This document shows positions 13,130 through 24,210 of a DNA stretch of 64,000 nt, in pieces. This stretch comes from Octopus sinensis (taxonomy: Eukaryota). Both the position numbers and the translations under genes were made by a program. The stretch's first letter is position 1. Each line of letters begins with the position of its first letter. The notes beneath the pieces were generated by a model. The model did no database searches. It was not told the DNA's origin and saw only the letters and a program-made list of their open reading frames with translations. The DNA is taken from positions 66,588,001-66,652,000 of the forward strand of contig NC_043010.1 of NCBI RefSeq assembly GCF_006345805.1, written 5' to 3'.

Positions 13130-14869
13130 CCTTTCTACTATAAGTCACAAGGCCTGAAATTTCGGGGTAGGAAACTAGTCGATTACATCGACCCCAATGT
13201 TTGACTGATACTTAATTTATCGACCCCCGATAGGATGAAATTCAAAGTCGGTCTCGGCGGAATTTGAACTCATGACGTAAAGACAGACGAAATACCTCTA
13301 AGCATTTTGCCCGGCATGCAAACGATTCTGCCAGTTCGCTGCTTTTATAATAATAATAATAAAGTATAAACAAGGAAACAACTGCTATCAGGTCAAATTA
13401 TGACACATATTTAAACACAAGGGTAGAATTGTTACAGGAATATAATTCACAAGAGATTGATAAAGGATCAAATTAGTGCTCAAACTGATCACTAATTGTA
13501 TGTACCTATTACCTTACGTCATCAGAGGTAACATTACCGGAATTATATATATATATATGTATATATAAAGCAGTTTTATTCCTTGGCAGTGGATCTATGC
13601 TTTTGCTAAACTCAAATCATCTCTCTAGATAGACACACATATATATTTATATGAGCTAATATATGTACAGAGATGTATATTTATGTGTTCACACACACAG
13701 TTGCTTGAATGCAAGGCCTACATAAACTTATAGCCGCCAAGAAAGAGAATCAGAAATAGATATTAACTATCGATTCCACTCGAATGCATTACCATTTAAA
13801 TTCCCTCCAGGTACCACCCTGCCGTTTCTCTTCCTGTTATTTCCACCTGACTTATTCGCTATTCTCCCGTCACATTCCTCACCTTGTATTTTCTTCTTTT
13901 TTTTTTCTCTTTTTCATTTGTAAATCTATGGTAACCCTTCACAGATGCATTCCCCACGTTCATGGCTTGTATGACTAAACCGTCTCTCCCCGTGTTCTTT
14001 AGTTCTTTATCTTTCTCTTTCCACGTTTAAGTGGTTGGCGTGAAGGAGGGCATCCAGGCGTGAAGAAAAGCTCTGCTTCAAAATTATCCACGCTCTGATA
14101 CACACATCAGAGAAGAATTAAAATAAATAAATAAGCAAATAAAACAAACGAAACTCTGCTCTGCTCACATCCTGTATGCGATAGAGACTGACCTAGCTTA
14201 AAATCACACTCACTCACATCCAAGCCATAGCACACTTGAAAGTATGCCAAATGTTGCCAGGCAAAACAAACACTCACTCATGCTAACATATATTATACCT
14301 CACTCATAACAACTACATTTCCTCTTCTTCTGCCTGTATGTATTATATTTTACTATCTGCATCGTTTAAAATCACTGTTTCCCAATGCTAATTAACATAT
14401 ATTTACAATTAGATGGATATTTTGAAACCATGTTTGATGTCATTGAACTTAATAATAATAGCAATTTCTAAGCAACAACTGGATTTTAAAGAATTTTTTT
14501 TCTCTCAATGTATTTATGTGTGGTTCTGTGCATAAAACTTAACTGGTCAATCATTCATTGTGCTTATAACATACAGTAATTTTATGTGTGTGTGTGTGTG
14601 TATGTATGTGTGATAATGTGTGCAAGAAAGAAATGGGTTTTAAACAAATTTTCTTCACTTATATTTGTATGTATAGTGTGTGTGTGTGTGTGTGTGATAA
14701 GTGCCAACACACGAAACTCTCGGACCTTGAGTCACTCTGGTACTTCTGCTAAATATTAATAAAAAATATATACATATACAAATGGCGGTGCCGCAGCATG
14801 GCCACAGCTCGTGAGTTGAAACTAGATGAAATAAAAATATATTTTGAGTTCTATCATATGTTTCCTGTT

Positions 14870-14907
14870 TGCATTATATATATATATTATATATATATAT
14901 ATAATAT

Positions 14908-14952
<45 letters not shown>

Positions 14953-15054
14953 CTATATATATATATATAATCTATATATATATATATATATATATATATA
15001 ATCTATATATATATATATAATCCTATATATATATATATATATTAATATATATAA

Positions 15055-15088
<34 letters not shown>

Positions 15089-15182
15089 CTATATATATAT
15101 ATATTATATATATATATATAATATATATATATATATAATCTATATATTATATAATATATATCATCTATATATATATATATAA

Positions 15183-15216
<34 letters not shown>

Positions 15217-15237
15217 CTTATATATATATTATATATA

Positions 15238-15268
<31 letters not shown>

Positions 15269-15310
15269 ATCTATATTAATAGATATATAGATATATATAT
15301 ATATATATAA

Positions 15311-15347
<37 letters not shown>

Positions 15348-15381
15348 ATATTATATATATATATATATATATATAATATAA

Positions 15382-15420
<39 letters not shown>

Positions 15421-15423
15421 ATC

Positions 15424-15455
<32 letters not shown>

Positions 15456-15717
15456 ATCTATATATATATATATATATATATATATAATCTATATATATAT
15501 ATATATATATATAGATTATATATATATAGATTATTAATATATAATAGATTATATATATTTATATATTATATATAGATTATATATATAATAGATTATATAT
15601 ATATAGATTTATATATATATAGATTATATATATATATATAGATTTATATATATATAGATTATATATATATATAGATTATATATAATATAGATTATATATA
15701 TATATATATTATATATC

Positions 15718-15748
<31 letters not shown>

Positions 15749-16135
15749 ATAGTTATTTTTAGAAGGAGCTTCTACAGGACTAGAACTGTTCATTCAAATG
15801 AAATCATCAGGAAGCTCTGATGATTTCATTTGAGGAAAACAGTTCAGTCCTGTAGAAGCTCCTTCTATAAAATAAATTAATTTACTCTGCTATGTATTGA
15901 GACCTTATTTACTGTGGTTAACCCCGACTCAACCCGGGACCTACATATATATATATATGATGTAGATTATATATATATATAGATATATATATATATATAT
16001 AGATTATATATATATATATATATTATATATATATATAGATTATATATATATATATATATATAGATTATATATATATATATATATATATAGATTATATATA
16101 TATATTTATATAGATTATATATATAATCTATTTTT
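14870..16135. repeat. ~1.25-kb interrupted (TA)n field
   Basis: (TA)n punctuated by AATCT (left part) and AGATT (right part), with a unique insert at 15751-15945. Confidence 0.95.
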
Positions 16136-16259
16136 AATCAATATGAGTAACTTTATCGAAAAATAAACTAAACAAACAAATAATAAATAAACAAAAAAAT
16201 GTGCAAGAAACATCACTTAGTTATGTCTCTTGTATTTAGAAGTATGAGTGGCTCACTTA

Positions 16260-16518
16260 GTTTGTCCTGTGATATAGGTCATGCATAACACGTGGTAAAC
16301 AAAGGATGTCTCCATTCAGTTGAGACGAACATTACGGGCGATGGTGTTGAATGTACATGCAGTGTACAGTGTTGTACCATAATATATTACTAGTAGGAGA
16401 GGAGAGACAGCGATGGAGGGACGACTGCATCTTGTGTGATGGAGGATACGATAAGCATTGTTGTATTTTAGTACCTTGCTGACAGAGAGAGAGAGAAGAA
16501 ATGGTTAGAGTGAAGTTG
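16260..16518 (+). promoter_or_regulatory. Probable promoter / non-coding first exon of the ZNF gene
   Basis: CpG-richer unique sequence with CACGTG and GTAAACA motifs near 16288-16300 and a strong donor TTG|GTAAGT at 16518/16519. The next strong acceptor (ttttctctattttag|) lies at 23819/23820, upstream of the ZNF ORF. The start coordinate is approximate. Confidence 0.55.
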
Positions 16519-18038
16519 GTAAGTTCTGTTAATATTTGTTATGGCGCTAGATTAATTTATTTTTATGGCGATCTTTCGTCGAACGAATGCCTTGTTTTAT
16601 ATTCTGTTATTTTACTGTTATTAATAATGGTTTGTTTAGTCGGTCTAACCTGCTTTTTGTCTGTGGTGTAGTCGAAAGCGATGGTAGGTAGTTACATTAT
16701 ATATTATATTAACAATCGTTCTTCCTCTCCCTGCCTCTCTATCTTTTTCTGTGTCTCTATCTTTCTCTCTCTCTTTTTTCATCCCCCCCCTCTACATAGA
16801 TATATGCGTCAGCTATCAAACATGCGAAACAGCCGTTCCCTCCCCCTCTCACTGAACTGAAGTGCCTCAACCAACCTGCGGTCGTTCACCTGCTAGAAAT
16901 AGAATCCAAATTTTCCTCACCACAAACCATAATAACGTCTAGAAAGAAAAAAAAACAAACTGCATTGGATGGATAATGCAGTCTCTATAGGGTATTCTTG
17001 GGAAGGAACAAAATAAAACGGCCTGGTGATAGTTTGAATTGGTCTTTCATCAGAGAAAGACCAATTCTCGTGGTTGAGTTGGGGGCTAAAACAACTCCTA
17101 ACAAAAGCGGAAGGACACATTGGATAATGTTGGCCTGGATATATTATTATACATTGCAAAGAGGGTGACTGGAAGCAGAATGATCGTGTCGTGGACACCT
17201 AACCACCATAGGAGGTCTGCTTTTATCATGTCTGTCCTGAAACTAAATAAAATTTGCTCTTTCATACTCGCGCGCACACACATACACACATCTCGAAAGT
17301 AAATAGAGACCATCATTTTTGAAAGGAACAAAATAAAGTCACTTGATGCATTTGAATACTTAATCTCTTGTACAGAAGTCGGGGGGACTTTTTTTTAACC
17401 AATTACCCCCGAAATATATTTACTTACGCCGACGTTACCGCCTTGATTTAAAAGGAAGAAAATCATAGATTCTTTGAATTTAAAAGGTTTATTGAATCTA
17501 TTTACACGTCCATTACGTTAGAAAGATTTCTGTCGTAACAAGGAACACCTTTTTTTTTTAATGTAATTTTACTTGGCTCTAATAAGTCCTCCTTAACCCC
17601 AAGAATTTCGTTTTTACTCCATGTATTTCGCCGATCCCTAATCTAGTATTTAGTAGGCATGCTTTTTGCAGGTTTTAATGACCGAACCTGTTTCGGCACC
17701 TTACTAATGATTAATGTCCACACAGATAAAACGGTATTAGTCGGGGGTCTGTTTAATTTTGAGATGTGTGCGCGCGTGCTAGTTTGTGGACATTAGCATA
17801 AGTGCGGATTGGTGCCCCGCCTACCTTTGTTTTCGTCAAAACTTTCTAAAAGAATGCACATAGGCACAGGCGTGGCTGTGTGGTAAGAACCTTGCTTATC
17901 AACCACATGGATCCGGGTTCAGTTCCACTGCGTGCTATTTTGGGCAAGTGTCTAAGTCCATAGCCTCGGGCCGACCAAGGCCTCGCGCGTAGATTTGATA
18001 GACGGAAACCTGAAAGAAGCCTATAGTGTATATGTATG

Positions 18039-18074
<36 letters not shown>

Positions 18075-19889
18075 AGTATTTATGCGTGTGTGTCTGTTTG
18101 TCCCCCACTTCCGCACTAACGCTTGACAACCGATGCTGGTGTAATTATGTTCCCTTAACTTAGCGGTTCGGCAAAAGAGAGAGAGAGAGACAGACAGACA
18201 GATAAATAACTTCAAGTTAATGTTCCTCCAACGATTTTCTGGTCACCCCCCCTAAGAGTACATGTTAGTTTTCAATGAAATTTTGCAGAGATGGATTTCA
18301 AAGGTGTGCTAGCAGAATCGTTACCGTGCTTGGAAAAATGCTTAGTAGCATTTCTCTTGGCACTACGTTCTGAGTTCAAACACCGCCGGAGTCGACTTTG
18401 GCTTTCATCTTTTCAGGGTCAATAAAATAAGTATCAGTTGTGCACTGGGGTCGATGTAATCAACTTATCCCCTGCCACTGAAATTGTAGACCATGTGCCA
18501 AAATTTGAAACCATTATTATTATCATTATTTCTACATAACTCATTTCAAAACGCAAACGGCAATTTGCAGATATATTTTTTCGAGTGTAGATTATATTAT
18601 CTTAATTCATATTCTGACAAGGCCAGCTTTGCCTTTCATCTTTTAGATTCAATAAAATAAGTACCAGTTAAGTACTAGGGTCGATGTAATAAGCTAACGC
18701 CTGCCCCCAAAATTTCAGGTTTTGTGCCTATAGTAGAAAGGATTACTATTATAAAAAAGCAGTGAGCTGGCAGAATCATTAGTACGCCAGATGCAATGTT
18801 TAGCAACATTTAGTCTATTATTAACTAAGTACCAGTTTTGCACTGGGGTTGATGTTATCCAGTAGCCCTTGCACCCTAAATTTCAGGCATTGTGCCTCTA
18901 TTAGAAATGTTAGCACGCTGGGTGAAATGCTTAGCGGTATGTTGTCTGCCGTTACGTTCTGAGTTCAAATTCCACTGAGATCGACTTTGCCTTTCATCCT
19001 TTCGGGGTTGATAAATTATGTACCAGTTACATGCTGGGGTCGATATAATCGACTTAATCCGTTTGTCTTTCCTTGTTCGTCCCCTCTGTGTTTAGCCCCT
19101 TGTGGGTAGTAAAGAAATAGTTATGTCATCTGCCGTTATGTTCTGAGTTCAAATTCTGCCAAAGTCAACTTTGCTTTTCATCCTTTCGGGGTCGATAAAT
19201 TAAGTACCAGTTACGCACTAGGGTTAATGTAATCAACTTAATCCCTTTGTCTGTCCTTGTTTGTCCCCTCTATGTTTAGCCCCTTGTGGGCAATAAAGAA
19301 ATAAGAAAGGATTATTAACTGTAGTAGAGTGTTACCTGTCATATGAGGGGTAAATTTGGAAGTATACTTTTGACACCATGGGTAATTTCAGGAAATATGG
19401 CATTCATTCATCCATCTTCTCCGTACACTATTCCTGGGTGGGTTGGAAAGGTAGAGTGCTCAAGCCTCCTCTTCCTCCAGATCCTATCAGAAGCAACCGC
19501 CATTACACTTACCTGCTGGGTTTCCAATTAGACTATGGATACTATTCAACCATCTCATTCTAAGCTTACCCCTAGATCTGCTGCCAATTGGCTTGGCTTG
19601 AACAATTATGGCACACATACAATAATTATAATTGAACTTTTGTAAGGTGTCTTGGCACTTATACAAAACAACGAAATGAATTCTAGTTTACAAAAGTAAA
19701 ATACTTATCTTAAAATTAAGTAAATCAAATTTCTTGTTTGTATGATTCCTCCTATAATTACCGCCGTTTACTCCCTCTCTTCTATGATTCTTTCTCTCCT
19801 ACTCTTTGGGTGTAGCGTTCCGTTACTCATTGCCTGCCACTAAGCCTAGTATATGCATGCATTCTGTGCCTCATATTAACTTTCTATAC

Positions 19890-19933
<44 letters not shown>

Positions 19934-21157
19934 AATGTTAAATATGCTTAGAGAAATCAACCAACGAACATTTATTTTGGCTACTATCCTTTAGACGTTA
20001 TTAGGTATGCAGCTAACAAGCTCATAAGGTGGCATATAAAATGCTTCACTGTTTTTAATGCAATTTCTGAGTTTGAATCCCATCAAGATCATTCCATTGT
20101 TGATGAAACAAGGCATCATTCAATTACTAAGGTCAATAGGTGCAGGAGTGTGGTAAGTTGCTTGATTACCAACCACATGGTTCTGGGTTCATTCCCATTG
20201 CGTGGCACCTTGGGCAAGAGTCTCAGGCCGACCAAAGCCTTGTGAGTGGATTTGGTAGACAGAAACTGAAGGAAGCCTGTCGTATATATGTATGTGTGTA
20301 TATGTTTGTGTGTCTGTGTTTGTTCCCCCAACATCGCTTGATGACTGATGGTGGTGTGTTTACGTCCCGTAACTTAGCGGTTCGGCAAAAGAGACCGATA
20401 GAATAAGTATTAGGCTTACAAAGAATAAGTCCTGGGGTCGATTTGCTCGACTAAAGGCGGTGCTCCAGCATGGCCGCAGTCAAATGACTGAAACAAGTAA
20501 AAGAGTAAAGCGTAATAATCAATTGTTGCTGGTCTCCCTAAAATTTCGGGCCTTGCGCTTATGTTGGAAGCAATTCTTAAGAGTGATGAAATGGCAAAAT
20601 TCATTCGAGCACTTTTTTTTTTCTTTTGGCTCTTTTCGTTCATCATTTACTTTTTCACACCTGCATGGGTCAGACAGAGTTTATTGAGGTAGATTTCTAC
20701 AGCTGGAAGCCCTTCCTGTCACCAACCTTCACCTGTTTCCAAGCAAGGTAATAATATTCTCCCATGGCCAGACATGTTTCTGTAGAATATTGAAAATGAA
20801 TAATATTCATTTACAACAATCAATGCAATTTCAAGACAAGGAGATGCACGCACACACACACGACAGGCTTCTTTCAGTTTCCATCTACAAGATCCACTCA
20901 CAAGGCTTTGGTTAACTCAGGGCTATACTAGAACACTTACCCTAGGTGTTATGCAATGAAATTGAACCCAAAACCATTTGGTTAAGAAGGAAATTTCTTA
21001 ATCATATAGCCACCTCTTCATGCATGGTTAATTTTGCCTTTCATGCTTTCAGGGTTAATAGAATGTGTATGAGTTTAGCACTGAGGTTAATTTAATCAGC
21101 TTAATTAACCCCATTGTTTACATTCGATGGATATTTGTCCTCATCTTGTTTGTTGTT

Positions 21158-21203
21158 AACACAACGTTTCGGCTGGTATACCCTCCAGCCATCATCAGGT
21201 GTC
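21158..21203 (-). ncRNA. Minimal type I hammerhead ribozyme motif, Penelope-like retroelement type
   Basis: Minus strand: GACAC-CTGATGA-T-GGCTGG(AGGGTATA)CCAGCC-GAAAC-GTT-GTGTT; helix I GACAC/GTGTT, perfect 6-bp helix II, palindromic AACGTT in place of helix III. Confidence 0.7.
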
Positions 21204-21750
21204 TTGGGGAAATTTTGAACATGGGTTCTCATTCCTATATATATAGGAATATATAAATATAGAACTGTATTAATTAACCCCTTAATTAATTAACACTGAC
21301 CTGGTGCCAAAATCAGAAACCATTATTATTATTATTATTACTATTATTATTATTATCAAGGCAGTGAGCTGGCAGAATTGTTACCATTCTGGACAAAGTA
21401 CTAAGTGGTATTTCGCACATTGCTACGTTCTGAGTTCAAATTCCGCCATGGTTGACCTTACCTTCTATCCTTTTGAGATCGATAAAATAATTACCAGTTA
21501 AACACTGGGGTCGATGTAATCGACTCATCCCCAATTTCCCACCCCCCAAGCTGCTCTTGTGGCAACAAAAAAAATTGAAATAATAATAATTACTATTATG
21601 AATATTTCATTCATTTCACATCAAAATAGTGTTGGTGTTGTTATCTAGTTTCTTCATCAACTCTAATTAAGAAAACTCAAGACCAAGGTCATTCAACCAT
21701 TAACCATCCTGTATTTTTTTCATTCAGACATTTATAAACACAAAAACACT

Positions 21751-21782
<32 letters not shown>

Positions 21783-23819
21783 CTAGCAAAAACTGTCCGA
21801 TGAACGGCAACGCGAAACTCAGAGTAACAGGTTTTGTTGAATTTTCTGCTGCTTTAAATAAAGTATATGTATATATATATATATATAATGGGCTTCTTTC
21901 AGTTTCCGTCAACCAAATCCACCCACATATGCCTTAGTCGGCCTGAGGCAATCGTAGAAGACACTTGCCCAAGGTGCCACGCAGTGGGGCTGAACCTGGA
22001 ACCATGCAGTTGGGAAGCAAGCTTCTTACCACACAGCTGCGGCTTTATAGATTTTTTTTTTTTTTTTTGTAAAACAGTAGTGTGGGTTTGAGGCTTGGCT
22101 ACTATTTCTAGCAGGTTAAGTGAGCACAAAGTGCCTCAATAAGTATTTTCAATGTAGGTCAAGTGTAGAGTAAGGAATTTGTTGTTTGTTTGTGTGTATG
22201 TCAAGGATCCAGATGAGTAATGCAGTGTTTCTATACTTAATGATAGCAAAGTGGTGGTGATGGTGGTAGCAGCGGCATGTGTGTGTGTGGTTATCATTGC
22301 AGGGTAGGAGTGGCTTCATGTTAAGACATGCATAAGTACTATTTCAATGTCGAGTGTATATGTGTGTATATATCTATCTATCTATCTTATCTATCCATCT
22401 CATCTGTCTGCTTGGCGTGTCTGTCTATCTGTACCAGTTCTGTGCGTATTTTTCTTACTGTTTTTCTGTAAATTCCATTGTTATTCGCTTGTGCCACAGC
22501 TGTGTGGTAAAGAAGCTTGCTTCCCACCCAACCGTATGGTTCCAGGTTCAGCCCCACTTCGTGGCAACCTTGGGCAAGTGTCTTCTACTATTGCCTCAGG
22601 CCGACTAAGGCTGATGTGGGTGGATTTGGTAGACTGAAACATGGACACAAAGACACTCACATAAATATTATATATATATATATAATGGGCTTCTTTCAGT
22701 TTCCGTCTACCAGATCCACTCACAAGGCTTTGGTTGGCTCGAGGCTAGAGTAGAAGACACTTGCCCAAGGTGCCACGCAGTAGGACTGAACCTGGAACCA
22801 TGTGGTTGGTAAGCAAGCTACTTACCACACAGCCACTCCTGCGCCTATATAGTCAATACCCAAGTTGAATATATCTTTGAAATATATTCAATTTCAAAGA
22901 TAATTGAATATATAGGTAGTATAATTTATTTGAAATACAGTTATGAAAGGTTCATCCCTTTCGTTGCCATTGTTACCTTGGCGCACACTGCTGCCTTTGA
23001 TTTAATTAACTTTGAAAATAATGAAAAAAATTTTTAATAAATTAGTCATTACTAAGTAGATATTTCGAACATAAATTAACATGGAATTTTCATCATCGTC
23101 AACATTTAACATCTGCTTTCCATGTTGGCATGGATTGGGCAGTTTGACAGGAGCTGGCAAGGCCAGGGGCCACACTAGGTCCCGTAGTCTGTTTTGGTTT
23201 CTTTTCTACAGCCACATACCCTTCCTAACCTCAACCACTCTACAGTGTACTGGGTGCTTTTTAAGTGGCACCATCACCAGTGCTTTTTATGTGGCACCAG
23301 CACCCATGCCAATACTTTTTACATGGCATTTTTTTGATAAAAGATTTTAATTTAGATCAATTTAAGACAAGAAGTTTGTGTCTAAGAACCAGAGTTAGTC
23401 TCAGAGTCTCAGGCAAGTTCATATCAAAAGGATTAACAAGCTAAATATACAATCTTCTTTATATCTTACTTAGCATGGATATTCTGTAGAAAGACACAAA
23501 ACTGCAGTGTTCCTCTCGAGACGACATCTTGTGTAAATGTACAGTACTAAAAGGCAAATTTCTGGATTTAACAATTCCACTTTTGTCTGCTACTGATATT
23601 CTCCTATGCTTCTTGAGCACAATGTATCTATGCGAGATGTTTTCTCGAGACGAATACCACAGCTTTATGGCTTTCTACGGTATATCCACATTAAGTAAAT
23701 TATACAGAATGGTATTTTGAAATAATGCTGCTTCCATTGCTAATAACAACTAAAATCTTCTTTGTCGTTTGTCATGGCGTTTATGGCTAATGTTATAAAT
23801 TTGATTTTCTCTATTTTAG

Positions 23820-24210
23820 GTCAAGTACCGTGTATTGAATGAGGAAGGATGAGCTGCTGCCTGTGAATCTATCCAACCCCAATTTTGAAACCTGTTGAGG
23901 ATGGAAAACAAACATATCATGGAACATGTATATAATAACTACTCATTAACTTTAAATATCCTGTTCAGAAACATAATTTGGAAATATTAATTTACATCAA
24001 TTCCAGTTATTATACAGTCTTGTATATCTCGAACTTATCCCTCAGAAACCCCTCCAGATTGCCTGAAATATAATTCTTGAGATTGGTGAAGAAAGGAAAA
24101 AAAGCACAACAAAATTTTTTTATTTTTTTTTATATCATTTACATACAGTTCTTGTTATCACTCTTTTAAAAATTTTACAAATATTGAGTGAAATATATTG
24201 TCTCTTATGA
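23820..24210 (+). other. 5' UTR part of the ZNF coding exon
   Basis: Polypyrimidine tract plus AG at 23818-23819; no obvious intron between it and the ATG. Confidence 0.5.

Noticed and set aside
13780-14830. Possible minus-strand first exon or promoter (CpGs, AAATGGCG at 14780)
   Set aside because: No supportable exon chain or coding signal in the window.
17036-17067. 13-bp hairpin with CTGATGA on the minus strand
   Set aside because: No GAAA-helix II partner, so no hammerhead can be built; a short hairpin alone is weak evidence.
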